Below are positions 8,791-18,198 of a stretch of 64,000 bases of DNA, one piece after another. Position 1 is the stretch's first letter. Every line of letters begins with the position of its first letter. Where the stretch lies: positions 1,802 through 65,801 of IMG/VR virus record IMGVR_UViG_3300032286_000437; one strand, written 5' to 3'. Made by a program: the position numbers and the translations under genes. This DNA is from a virus (lineage: Duplodnaviria; Caudoviricetes). The notes beneath the pieces were generated by a model. The model was not told where the DNA came from. It searched no databases and saw only the letters and a list, made by a program, of their open reading frames with translations.

Positions 8791-9136
8791 TCAAGCACTA
8801 AATGTTAAAGTTGGAGATCATCTGATTAATACATTTTTCGATGACGTTGTTGTGACCAGCATATACAAAGAAGGTGGAGTTATTGTATTTGGAACAATTG
8901 ATACAAGGCTAAGACAGGTCGCTTATTCGTATGATTACGTATATTTAGTAGATATCGGTCCAAATGATATTTCTGATGAAGAGTCTAGTTTTATGAATTG
9001 GGCTAAAGAAAATAGAGAAAGCATAGAAGAACAGATAGAGAACTTGGATTTAATCAAGCAGTCTTATATGCAGGGGTTTGGCATGGGCTTTGCTTATAAA
9101 AAAATAATGTCACATGAGGAGTTAATGCAGAAATGA
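8780..9136 (+). CDS. Hypothetical protein
   Basis: Overlapping operon ORF. Confidence 0.6.
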   Translation: MRIDQALNVKVGDHLINTFFDDVVVTSIYKEGGVIVFGTIDTRLRQVAYSYDYVYLVDIGPNDISDEESSFMNWAKENRESIEEQIENLDLIKQSYMQGFGMGFAYKKIMSHEELMQK

Positions 9137-9789
9137 GCTATGTAAAACTAATTAGTATAACTCCTGACGCAGAAAAACTTATGGCATATTGTGCTAGAGT
9201 ATCAAATCCAAGCGGACAAAACAATTACAATATAGCAAAACTCTTAAAGTATTGCATCGCTCATGAACATTGGAGTATTTTTGAGCAAGCATTTATGACT
9301 GTTGAGATTAATACAACAAGGGGTATTGCGGCACAGATTCTTCGCCATCGTAGTTTTACATTTCAAGAATTTAGCCAAAGGTATGCAGATGCTACTCTGT
9401 TATCAGAAGGTATTCCCACCTTTGAATTAAGGCGACAGGATAATAAAAATCGTCAAAATAGTATTGATGATATATCCGATGAAATAAAAACAAAATGGAA
9501 TACTCAAATTCGTGAACACTTTGCAAAATCAAAAGCTATTTATGATGGTATGATCATTGATGGGATAGCTAAAGAATGTGCAAGGTTTGTATTGCCACTA
9601 GCAACTCCAACAAGATTATACGTTAGCGGTTCAATAAGATCATGGATTACATATATAGCATTAAGAGAAAAGCACGGTACTCAAAAAGAACACATTGATA
9701 TTGCTAAAGGCTGCAAAAATATATTTTGCCAGCAATTACCATTAACTTCTGAAGCTTTGGGAGGGTTTGAAAAAGAATGGTGTATATAA
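9133..9789 (+). CDS. thyX: FAD-dependent thymidylate synthase
   Basis: HWSIFE, QILRHRSFTFQEFSQRY motif, KECARFVLP. Confidence 0.97.
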   Translation: MSYVKLISITPDAEKLMAYCARVSNPSGQNNYNIAKLLKYCIAHEHWSIFEQAFMTVEINTTRGIAAQILRHRSFTFQEFSQRYADATLLSEGIPTFELRRQDNKNRQNSIDDISDEIKTKWNTQIREHFAKSKAIYDGMIIDGIAKECARFVLPLATPTRLYVSGSIRSWITYIALREKHGTQKEHIDIAKGCKNIFCQQLPLTSEALGGFEKEWCI

Positions 9790-9830
9790 GAATGTATACT
9801 ATACATATATACATTCTAGGAGACACTATT

Positions 9831-10433
9831 ATGCCAAGGAATAAAAGTCTAAAAATAGGTGATATTATAGGTTATGATAATTTAGAAGTAATAAATACAA
9901 AAACTATAATAGAAGGTAAAACTCAAACAAAACGTGGATGGTCTGAAGTTTATTGTAGACTGTGCGGAAAAAAGAAATGGATGAGAAACAACATCTTAAA
10001 AAGAGAAAGAACCGCAAGTTGCGGATGTATTTCTAGAGATTCTAAAACATGGAAAATAAAAAAAGATAGGAATATGACTTGGCAGTTAGATCAAGGAGAA
10101 TCAGCATTCAATAATTTATATTATCAGTATCTTAAAAGTGCAGAAAAAAGAAATTTATCTTTTGCATTATCAAAAATAGAGTTTAAACAATTTACAAAAA
10201 ATCCATGTTATTATTGCGGGAGAGAGCCTCATAGAATAATAAAAGGTCAAGGCAAAACTAGTGGAGATTATGTATATAACGGTTTAGACAGAATCGATAA
10301 TAACGATGGGTACAATTTAGATAATATTGTTAGTTGTTGTTTTGATTGTAATTCTAGCAAGAGAACGTTTTCGCAAAAAGATTTTTTTGCACATGTAAAA
10401 CTAATCTATGATTTACATCATGAAAAAATGTAA
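9831..10433 (+). CDS. Free-standing HNH-type (homing) endonuclease
   Basis: AGGAG RBS; CRLCG..SCGC N-domain; CYYCG..NGLDRIDNNDGY..DNIVSCCFDCN. Confidence 0.8.
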   Translation: MPRNKSLKIGDIIGYDNLEVINTKTIIEGKTQTKRGWSEVYCRLCGKKKWMRNNILKRERTASCGCISRDSKTWKIKKDRNMTWQLDQGESAFNNLYYQYLKSAEKRNLSFALSKIEFKQFTKNPCYYCGREPHRIIKGQGKTSGDYVYNGLDRIDNNDGYNLDNIVSCCFDCNSSKRTFSQKDFFAHVKLIYDLHHEKM

Positions 10434-10454
10434 CAAAATTTATTTAGGTGAAAA

Positions 10455-10754
10455 ATGATCAAACTTGAAATGTCTGAGAGTGATATTATTAGAGCAGTTA
10501 AAAATCCATCTACATCCCCACTACAGTATTTAAGTGCCAGAATCTTTAAAAGAGATGTGCGGGATATTGACGTTGGACGCGATGGGATCATAATCTGGGA
10601 AGATGATATTGATGACTATTTATCTTATAGATATTGTGAAGAAGATATTCAATCGCTAGAGGAATTCATCTATGAGTGGGAAGAGTTTGTTGATGGGGAT
10701 ATAAGTGATTTTGACTTAGAACCCATATCTTTTTGCGTATACCAGAATGGCTAA
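10455..10754 (+). CDS. Acidic hypothetical protein
   Basis: AGGTG RBS; D/E-rich. Confidence 0.6.
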   Translation: MIKLEMSESDIIRAVKNPSTSPLQYLSARIFKRDVRDIDVGRDGIIIWEDDIDDYLSYRYCEEDIQSLEEFIYEWEEFVDGDISDFDLEPISFCVYQNG

Positions 10755-10760
10755 AAAAAT

Positions 10761-10802
10761 TTCAAGTCTGCCGCTTGACAGTGCCGATACATGGTGTAGA
10801 AT
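10761..10802 (+). promoter_or_regulatory. Early-type promoter with TCAAG-N7-CTTGA palindrome
   Basis: TTGACA-16bp-TAGAAT; in-register copy at 16821-16862. Confidence 0.75.
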
Positions 10803-10848
10803 CAAAGCACATTCAGTCACTTAGCACTTTTAGGAGATAAAAGCAATT

Positions 10849-12957
10849 ATGAAACTTCACGCTAGTACCAACGTTATTGAGAAGTCTGGCAACTTTGAAG
10901 AGTCGAAGTTCAGCATCGAAGCTTCGTCCAAGGCGTTTTTCATTTTGTCTGACGGTCTTTATTCTAACAAGATTCTCGCGGTTGTTCGTGAGCTTTCTAC
11001 CAACGCATACGATTCGCACGTTGAGGCTGGCAAGGTCAGCGTTCCGTTCGATGTTCATCTGCCCACGCAGCTTGAGCCTACGTTCTTTATTCGTGACTAC
11101 GGCACCAGTATGGATCACGATAGCTGTATGCAACTTTATACAACATATTTCCGTAGTACGCGAAACAATAGTAATGATGCTGTTGGTTGCCTTGGTCTTG
11201 GCAGCAAGGCTCCCTTTGCTTATTCTGATAGTTTTACCGTCGAGGCTTTCCTTGATGGCAAGCGTAGGCTTTATGCTGCCTATAAGAATGAGGATGGTAG
11301 CCCCGTATTCTCTCTAATGGATACTTTTGAAACGTCTGAACCTAATGGTATCAAGGTTTCTATTAGTGTTCAAGATAGTGACGTTAGCCGATTCATTCGT
11401 GAGGCTCATAAGGTTTATGAGTTCTTCAAGGTTCGCCCCAATTTTATTGGCGAATCTATCTCTTACTCAAGCCCCGATAAAGTTATTGAGGGAAATAACT
11501 GGTACTTCGATGATAATAGTTCTGATAATCTGATCATCATGGGTCAAATTGCATACCCCCTTGATCATTATCAACTTATGAATACTGATCTTGATAAGAA
11601 GACTGTTAACTTCATTGAGAATTCTAGTGGTCTGCGGTTGTTTGTTAAGATTGGCGATGTTGATATTACTCCCAGCCGTGAATCACTGTCTTATAGTAGG
11701 GAGACTAAAACCAACATTGTTAATCTGGCAAGGACCGTTGCTGAAGAAATTGCGGTCAAGATTCAAGAAGAAATTAAGAATCAACCGTCCTTGTTCAAGG
11801 CACGTAAGAAATATGTACAGGTTAGCGATCAATGCCACTCTATCAAGACTGCCGTTGAATCTCTGCACAAATCTCTTACATGGAATGATACCAAGCTTTT
11901 CGATAGCAATGCTGCTGAAAGCGTAACTATCAAGGGTTGCAGTGTCGATATTTTTGAAAAATCTCAGTGGCGTAAAAAGATTGAGGTTAAGAAAAATACC
12001 GAACACATGTTCTTTGGTACTAATACCAAGTTTGTCATTGATGATCTTAATCGCGGTGGCGTTAGTCGAATTCGCCAAATGATGCGTGACGCTTACGACA
12101 GTCGCTGTTGCTATTACTATAAGCTTTCTGACGGGGAGACTGTTGATAGTTGCAAGCTGTACGATATCATGGGTGGAGCAACCAAGGAAGATGTTGTGTT
12201 TACATCTAATCTTCCCAAGGTTGAATATAATCGTCAAAGTTCTGGTAGCTCAGATGGTTTGCCCGCAGTTCAAGTTCAAGTCTATAATGAAGAAACGGGT
12301 AAGTTTGAAGTGTGTAACATGAGCGTAAAGTTTGAAAACGCCCACTACTTCATCGAAGCGAAAGATACTATCAAGATCGGCTACTCACATATCGATACTA
12401 GGTATCTAGAGGATGTGCTGAGTTGGGTTCATCAGAACTATAGCGACGTTGTGAGCGATGCTACGTTTTATATCGTCAAGCCCTCAGTGGCTAAGAATCG
12501 TAAACTGGAACAGCGAAGCAACTGGACTAATGGTTGCAATTTGCTTGAGACTGTATTCGCAGATGCCGTTGAAAAGCACCGCGAAGATATCATCACTGTG
12601 AATACTCGTAGTCCGTTGTCTGCTGTTAGGCATGATCGTTGGGTTGATATTCTCAATATGACCAAGACTAACTGCAAAGCAAAACAAATTGCAGCAGAGT
12701 ATAATGAATACAAGCAGAGGGTTGACAACATCTCGTCCGACATGTATATTATTCAAGGTATGGCAGACAAGCTGCACAACGTTCAAGCAGTCAATTTTAG
12801 CAACGTGAAGATCAACACTGACAAGTTTTCGAAAGAATTTGATAAGGAAATGAATAAGTATCCCATGCTTAAGTTCGCCGCCAACGTCTGGGGCGAGACT
12901 GATAAGCAACTTGTGGCCGATTATATCGACTGCATTGAGAACAATAACACACTGTGA
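10849..12957 (+). CDS. rIIA: rIIA-like protein (GHKL ATPase N-terminus)
   Basis: LYSNKILAVVRELSTNAYDSH, IRDYG, GCLGLGSKAPFAYSDSF, TPSRESLSY. Confidence 0.92.
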   Translation: MKLHASTNVIEKSGNFEESKFSIEASSKAFFILSDGLYSNKILAVVRELSTNAYDSHVEAGKVSVPFDVHLPTQLEPTFFIRDYGTSMDHDSCMQLYTTYFRSTRNNSNDAVGCLGLGSKAPFAYSDSFTVEAFLDGKRRLYAAYKNEDGSPVFSLMDTFETSEPNGIKVSISVQDSDVSRFIREAHKVYEFFKVRPNFIGESISYSSPDKVIEGNNWYFDDNSSDNLIIMGQIAYPLDHYQLMNTDLDKKTVNFIENSSGLRLFVKIGDVDITPSRESLSYSRETKTNIVNLARTVAEEIAVKIQEEIKNQPSLFKARKKYVQVSDQCHSIKTAVESLHKSLTWNDTKLFDSNAAESVTIKGCSVDIFEKSQWRKKIEVKKNTEHMFFGTNTKFVIDDLNRGGVSRIRQMMRDAYDSRCCYYYKLSDGETVDSCKLYDIMGGATKEDVVFTSNLPKVEYNRQSSGSSDGLPAVQVQVYNEETGKFEVCNMSVKFENAHYFIEAKDTIKIGYSHIDTRYLEDVLSWVHQNYSDVVSDATFYIVKPSVAKNRKLEQRSNWTNGCNLLETVFADAVEKHREDIITVNTRSPLSAVRHDRWVDILNMTKTNCKAKQIAAEYNEYKQRVDNISSDMYIIQGMADKLHNVQAVNFSNVKINTDKFSKEFDKEMNKYPMLKFAANVWGETDKQLVADYIDCIENNNTL

Positions 12958-12980
12958 AAGGTCTAAACTAGGAGTAGAAT

Positions 12981-13847
12981 ATGAAATATATTATTGCAAA
13001 CGACGGTAACGTTACAGCGGTGGTTAGTGGTCAGGCTTATAACTTTAGCAAGGCCCACCCAAACTATAGTAAGTTAGTCAATCATCTTAAGAATAATAAT
13101 GTTGAGCATTTCGAAGCTTGCTACGATATTGTGTCGCATCTTAATTCTTATTGTGAGGGCTATGTGAATTGTGATAACGGTGTTCTGAATTGGGACGGTA
13201 TTAAGATGCCCAACATGTTCACCAGCACAATTCTGGATATGGTTAAGCAAGGTTTCCCTTTTGAGCCGATGCTTAACTTCCTTGATAATATGAGCCAGAA
13301 TCCTTCTGAACATGCTATCGTTGAATTGTTCGACTTCATGGAGAATAAGCATATGCCTATTACTATGGATGGACACTTCTTGGCATATAAGGCTGTTAAT
13401 CCTAATTTTAAGGATATTTACTCTGGCACGTTTGACAACTCGGTAGGTAGCGTATGCTCTGTGCCACGTAACCAAGTCGATGGTAATCGTGACAATGGTT
13501 GCGGCAAGGGATTGCACGTTGGGGCTATCGACTATGCTAAGTCTTATGGTGGTATTAATCTTGACGAGGATGGTGATAACGACGGTGGTAATCAGCTTAT
13601 GATTTGCAAGGTTAACCCCCGCGATGTTGTTAGCGTTCCTACGGATTGTAAGTTTCAAAAGCTTCGCACTTGTCGCTATGAAGTTGTGTCTAAGTTTGAT
13701 AGCGTCTTTGACAAGATCATCCATATGACAGAGCAGGATAAGTCTTATATGGCAACCAAGAGGCGTAACCGTGAATGGGTCGTTGAAGTTACCGCAAAGC
13801 TTGACAAGATCAATTCTGTTCTTAGTAAGAAGTTGATGAGTGTGTGA
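12981..13847 (+). CDS. rIIB: rIIB-like protein
   Basis: ITMDGHFLAYKAV, CGKGLHVG, VNPRDVVSVPTD, KLRTCRYEV; follows rIIA. Confidence 0.92.
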   Translation: MKYIIANDGNVTAVVSGQAYNFSKAHPNYSKLVNHLKNNNVEHFEACYDIVSHLNSYCEGYVNCDNGVLNWDGIKMPNMFTSTILDMVKQGFPFEPMLNFLDNMSQNPSEHAIVELFDFMENKHMPITMDGHFLAYKAVNPNFKDIYSGTFDNSVGSVCSVPRNQVDGNRDNGCGKGLHVGAIDYAKSYGGINLDEDGDNDGGNQLMICKVNPRDVVSVPTDCKFQKLRTCRYEVVSKFDSVFDKIIHMTEQDKSYMATKRRNREWVVEVTAKLDKINSVLSKKLMSV

Positions 13848-13865
13848 TTGAATGTTTGAGAGTAT

Positions 13866-13894
13866 AACGGGGATGGGGAAACTCACCCCGTTTT
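13866..13894 (+). terminator. Intrinsic terminator
   Basis: AACGGGG...CCCCGTTTT. Confidence 0.75.
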
Positions 13895-13930
13895 GCTCTT
13901 AATCGGTAGATTTCCCAAAGGAATTATGCA

Positions 13931-15055
13931 ATGAAAATTAGCAATGAAATTAAATTAGATTTTGACGATGTATTACTCGTTCCACACCGATCTCAGGCTG
14001 CATCAAGGGTCAGTGTGTTGCTTGATAAACAATATTCTTTTTATCATTCAGATCAGCACTGGAATGGTCTTCCAATAGCTGCTGCAAATATGGATACCAC
14101 TGGAACATTTTCTATGGCAAAATCTCTTGGGAAGTTTAACGCCATAACATGCCTACACAAACATTATGAAATAAAAGACTACATTGAAAATATCTCTAAT
14201 TTAAATACATTTTGGTATAGTATGGGCATCAAGAGTGATGATATAGATAAATTAACGAAGATATCTCAGCAACTAGATGCTGTTCCTAATATCTGTATTG
14301 ATGTGGCCAATGGCTATACAGATAATTTCGTGAACTTTTGCAGCAAAGTTAGAGAGACTTTTGGTAATCGCCCTATCATAATGGCTGGCAATGTGTGTAC
14401 CCCAGAAATGGTACAAGAACTAATTCTTCATGGCGGTGTTGATATTGTTAAAATAGGAATTGGTCCCGGTTCAGCTTGTACAACAAGATTAAAAACTGGC
14501 GTTGGATATCCCCAACTTTCAGCTATAATAGAGTGTGGACATGCCGCTCACGGTTTAAAGAGCGAAGACAAGCGTATGGGATTGATTTGTGCAGATGGTG
14601 GCTGTAGGACTCCCGCAGACGTTGTAAAGGCTTTCGCGGCCAATGCAGACTTCGTGATGCTTGGTGGAATGCTTGCCGGTGCAGAAGAGTGTGAAGGCGA
14701 ATGGGAGTACGAATATCGTAGTGCGATTGTTAATAATGATGGAACAACAAAATCAGAATGGTGGCAACCATTTGATCCCGGTTACAGTACAGAGACAAGA
14801 AAAAAGACACTAACATTTTATGGAATGAGTTCGCACAAGGCTCAAGAGAAGTATGGTGGTATTAAGAATTATAGAGCCAGCGAAGGTAGAACTTTATCAG
14901 TTCCATATAAAGGACATGCTTCAGATATTATGTTAGATATATTAGGTGGAATACGAAGTGCCTGTGCTTATGTCGGTGCAGACTCTTTAAAAGATTTACC
15001 CAAGTGTGCTGAATTCATTCGTGTGAATAGGACTCATTTTGACAAGACTTTATAA
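13931..15055 (+). CDS. guaC: GMP reductase
   Basis: [38 protein letters not shown]. Confidence 0.93.
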   Translation: MKISNEIKLDFDDVLLVPHRSQAASRVSVLLDKQYSFYHSDQHWNGLPIAAANMDTTGTFSMAKSLGKFNAITCLHKHYEIKDYIENISNLNTFWYSMGIKSDDIDKLTKISQQLDAVPNICIDVANGYTDNFVNFCSKVRETFGNRPIIMAGNVCTPEMVQELILHGGVDIVKIGIGPGSACTTRLKTGVGYPQLSAIIECGHAAHGLKSEDKRMGLICADGGCRTPADVVKAFAANADFVMLGGMLAGAEECEGEWEYEYRSAIVNNDGTTKSEWWQPFDPGYSTETRKKTLTFYGMSSHKAQEKYGGIKNYRASEGRTLSVPYKGHASDIMLDILGGIRSACAYVGADSLKDLPKCAEFIRVNRTHFDKTL

Positions 15056-15216
15056 TGTCAGCAATAATTATTAGTATTATGATCTCAACAACTCTATACA
15101 TGATAAACTCAATATCATGTTTTATACAGGGAGATTATTCTCACTCATTAATGTGGGCTGGATATTCATTTGCAAATTTAGGATTATTGTGGTATGAATT
15201 TATCAAATTGGGATAA
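15055..15216 (+). CDS. Small membrane protein (53 aa)
   Basis: Hydrophobic ORF filling the gap, TAATG overlap with guaC. Confidence 0.45.
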   Translation: MSAIIISIMISTTLYMINSISCFIQGDYSHSLMWAGYSFANLGLLWYEFIKLG

Positions 15217-15640
15217 GAGGTTTTTAGAGTTAGCGGAACTGGTATCATCTTGGTCAAAAGACCCATCAACAAAAGTTGGGTCAGTTATAGTTGATAATCA
15301 AAACATCATTGTTTCTGTTGGATTTAATGGCTTCCCAAAAGGTATAGAAGATAACGATAGATTGAATCACCGCGATTCAAAATATCAAATTATAGTTCAT
15401 GCTGAAAACAATGCGTTAATGTTTGCTAAACGTCCTTTGGATGGTTGTACAATATATACTTATCCCTTTATGCCATGCCCAAGATGTGCCGGTATGATTA
15501 TTCAGTCTGGAATTAAAAGAGTGGTTTCATATAAGAACACAATAGACAGAATGAGATGGGAGCTTGATTTCTCAATATCAAGAGAGTTATTCAATGAAGC
15601 TAACATACAACTGGAAGAGTGGGAAAATGGAAGAGAATAA
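15194..15640 (+). CDS. dCMP deaminase
   Basis: SKDPSTKVG, GFNG, HAENNA, PCPRC. Confidence 0.93.
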   Translation: MNLSNWDKRFLELAELVSSWSKDPSTKVGSVIVDNQNIIVSVGFNGFPKGIEDNDRLNHRDSKYQIIVHAENNALMFAKRPLDGCTIYTYPFMPCPRCAGMIIQSGIKRVVSYKNTIDRMRWELDFSISRELFNEANIQLEEWENGRE

Positions 15641-15836
15641 ACAAGACATTGATGATATGTTGCAATTAATTAATGAGTGCATCAAGAATAATAATCTAAC
15701 CTTTGTTGCTACTCTAATTTGCAAACTACAAAAAGATTACGAAGATATAGCTAAGTTAAGTACCGATAATAATTATTCACCGACATGGACTCACAGACAA
15801 GTTTTAGATTATATAACGTATGAACAAAAATTTTAA
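15627..15836 (+). CDS. Hypothetical protein
   Basis: Overlapping operon ORF. Confidence 0.55.
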   Translation: MEENKQDIDDMLQLINECIKNNNLTFVATLICKLQKDYEDIAKLSTDNNYSPTWTHRQVLDYITYEQKF

Positions 15837-15865
15837 TTGCACACCTAGCACAAACATGCTATAAT
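15837..15865 (+). promoter_or_regulatory. Sigma70-like promoter with extended -10
   Basis: TTGCAC-17bp-TATAAT with TGn. Confidence 0.65.
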
Positions 15866-15889
15866 ACGATAGAAACCAAAGGAGAAATT

Positions 15890-16057
15890 ATGAAGAACTA
15901 TGAAGCTATTAAAGATATGGCGGCGGCACATCTAGAAAATGTTAAGCGTAAGATTGCTGAGATTAATGCTCAGAAGCAAGTAATAGAAGAAGAGATTGCA
16001 AAGCTCGTTCAGTATTATGAGACAAATCTTAAAGAGTTAAACGACGATTCTGTTTGA
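15890..16057 (+). CDS. Small coiled-coil protein (55 aa)
   Basis: AAGGAG RBS; MKNYEAIKDMAAAHLENVKRKIAEINAQKQ... Confidence 0.65.
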   Translation: MKNYEAIKDMAAAHLENVKRKIAEINAQKQVIEEEIAKLVQYYETNLKELNDDSV

Positions 16058-16096
16058 GGTTGATTAATTTAATTTAGTACCTATTAGGAGTTTATT

Positions 16097-16414
16097 ATGA
16101 ACAATAGTCAGTTTTTTGAGAAGTTGGAAAATGTTGCCTGTGCGTACCATTGGGACGTTGATGGTAATAAGGTTTTTGCTGAAATCCAAAGTGGTCGATT
16201 CAAGGGATGCACCCTTAATCCAATTACCGCTCTAGCTCATAAGGCTGGGTTTGGATTATTTAAAAACAATAGAGAGTCTACAGAATTTGCTGCAAGGCTT
16301 CTGGGTATCTCTCGTAGGCAGGCTCGCCATATTTATAGTGCCACGCTAGGCACCCATAACCGTGGTAATACACAGGTAGTTCGTGGTAGAATTCGTTCAG
16401 CATTGGAGGTATGA
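16097..16414 (+). CDS. Hypothetical protein
   Basis: AGGAG RBS. Confidence 0.65.
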   Translation: MNNSQFFEKLENVACAYHWDVDGNKVFAEIQSGRFKGCTLNPITALAHKAGFGLFKNNRESTEFAARLLGISRRQARHIYSATLGTHNRGNTQVVRGRIRSALEV

Positions 16415-16418
16415 TAGT

Positions 16419-16754
16419 ATGAATATTAATACATGGCTAGGTTGTGGTCGTTTGACAAAGGATGCAGAACACAGCGTCACCCAGAAGGGCACGACGATGG
16501 CTAAGTTTAGAATGGCTGTTAATGACAGACGAGATGACAAGCCATTGTTTTTGAATGTTCTTTGTTTTGGCAAAATGGCTGATGCTCTCAAGGATCATCT
16601 TACAAAGGGTCGTTTGGTCGGAGTTCAAGGAAAGATTAAAATCGATGACTATCAGGATAAGGAAGGTGTCACTAGGAATTCAGTATGCGTAATGGCAGAC
16701 GAAATTTCTCTTGGACCGTCTAATACTGCACAGCAAGACGATACTAAAGAATGA
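16419..16754 (+). CDS. ssb: Single-stranded DNA-binding protein
   Basis: GRLTKD, F+MAV, FGKMA..L.KG..V.V.G OB-fold; acidic tail. Confidence 0.9.
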   Translation: MNINTWLGCGRLTKDAEHSVTQKGTTMAKFRMAVNDRRDDKPLFLNVLCFGKMADALKDHLTKGRLVGVQGKIKIDDYQDKEGVTRNSVCVMADEISLGPSNTAQQDDTKE

Positions 16755-16783
16755 ACTGATCTTACTAAATGATTTGTGAAAAG

Positions 16784-16822
16784 ATGGCCCGATTGGCGTA
16801 ATGCTGTCGGGCCATTTTTTTT
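16784..16822 (+). terminator. Intrinsic terminator
   Basis: ATGGCCCGA...TCGGGCCAT + T-tract. Confidence 0.8.
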
Positions 16823-16862
16823 CAAGTCTATCCCTTGACAATGACGAAAGAAGTAGTAGAAT
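16821..16862 (+). promoter_or_regulatory. Early-type promoter with TCAAG-N7-CTTGA palindrome
   Basis: TTGACA-16bp-TAGAAT, same register as 10761-10802. Confidence 0.75.
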
Positions 16863-16899
16863 GATCTTCATTCCAGCAGCACTTTATAGGATACAAGAC

Positions 16900-17274
16900 A
16901 TGAACCCTCAACCAGATCCATCAGTCGGAGTTTACGTTGCTTTTTTAGTTATGGTAATTATGGCGTTCTTTGTAGGCCAGTCTTTTGCAGACACAAAGAA
17001 AAGAGGATCTACTAATACTAATTACGATCTATTTACTCTCGGCTATTATGAACAGCCATCGTCACCAACTGTCATTGTTAATCAGCAATCTAACGATAAT
17101 GGAATTGCTAATTTTGAATCACAACAACTTTATCTAGACTGTGTAGATACAATGGTTTCTTTAGGTTACAAAAAGACATTAGCCAAGAAACGTGCAAAGC
17201 TTATATTCAGCACACATAAGCCCCAGCCTTCAACGGTGCAAGAATTCCTCAATATTGTTTTATCAAGACCATGA
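16900..17274 (+). CDS. Membrane-anchored protein with RuvA C-terminal-like helical domain
   Basis: N-terminal TM helix; DCVDTMVSLGYKKTLAK..STVQEFLNIVL resembles RuvA domain III. Confidence 0.5.
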   Translation: MNPQPDPSVGVYVAFLVMVIMAFFVGQSFADTKKRGSTNTNYDLFTLGYYEQPSSPTVIVNQQSNDNGIANFESQQLYLDCVDTMVSLGYKKTLAKKRAKLIFSTHKPQPSTVQEFLNIVLSRP

Positions 17275-17684
17275 ATATAATCGAACAATCTGTAGGTATA
17301 GCAATAACATTGCTTCCCAAAGTAAAAATGAATAGAAATACTAAAAACAAATTTTTTCATTTTGCTTTTGGATACAAAAAGAATAAACTACTTGCTATAG
17401 GTCAAAATAATCCAGAGAAAACCCACACACAAGCACTCGTTCTTGCCCAAAGATTCAATCTTCAAAATGAATACCCCTATCTTCACGCCGAAACAGATTT
17501 AATTTCTAGATTGTGGGGTAAGCATTACGTTGACAGTAGCTTGAAAATGGTTATTGTTAGACTAAATAAGCGTGGACAATTAAGGTGCAGTAAGCCATGC
17601 GAAAGGTGTGATCTAATTATTCGTTCTTTAGGACTTAACAAAGTATGGTGGAGTACCGAAAATGGATTCAATGAGCAGACTTAA
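17271..17684 (+). CDS. Zn-dependent deaminase-fold protein
   Basis: HAE and KPCERC motifs. Confidence 0.75.
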   Translation: MNIIEQSVGIAITLLPKVKMNRNTKNKFFHFAFGYKKNKLLAIGQNNPEKTHTQALVLAQRFNLQNEYPYLHAETDLISRLWGKHYVDSSLKMVIVRLNKRGQLRCSKPCERCDLIIRSLGLNKVWWSTENGFNEQT

Positions 17685-18198
17685 AAACACACAAACATAT
17701 CTAGTAGGTGCTATGGATAGAGTACCTGACAACGGAATAACTTGGAGAGAAAGTATTACGCCAACTCTAGAGCAGATTGGTGTTAATGTTATTAATCCAT
17801 GTTTAAAACCTATTGCGAACGCATTAGAGAACGATGAATCTAGATATTGGATTGAGTATTATAAAGAAACGGGCCAATACGACAAGATCAAAAAGTATTA
17901 CTCAGTTATAAGATGCTCAGATTTAAGATGCGTAGACGTATCAGATTTCATAATAGCACACATTGACCTAAACGTTCACGCTTGTGGAACATACGAAGAA
18001 ATTGTAACTGCAAATAGGCAAAAAAAGCCAGTATTAGTGTGGTGTGAGCAGGGTAAATCAAAAGCCCCCAACTGGCTATTTTTTATGTTACCTCATGAAC
18101 ATATCTTTGGTAATTCAGAAGACTTGATAGCATATCTCCATAACATTAATAATTCAACAGATATAGAACATTTAGGAAGGTGGATTTTCTTTTCATGA
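17671..18198 (+). CDS. Nucleoside 2-deoxyribosyltransferase-like protein
   Basis: YLVGAM, DLRCVDVSDFIIA, GTYEE, KKPV. Confidence 0.75.
   Translation: MSRLKNTQTYLVGAMDRVPDNGITWRESITPTLEQIGVNVINPCLKPIANALENDESRYWIEYYKETGQYDKIKKYYSVIRCSDLRCVDVSDFIIAHIDLNVHACGTYEEIVTANRQKKPVLVWCEQGKSKAPNWLFFMLPHEHIFGNSEDLIAYLHNINNSTDIEHLGRWIFFS

Noticed and set aside
13074-13886. 270-aa antisense ORF over rIIB (and several antisense/alternate-frame ORFs over rIIA)
   Set aside because: Explained by the biased codon usage of rIIAB (few TTA/CTA/TCA codons gives few antisense stops); no RBS or recognisable motifs
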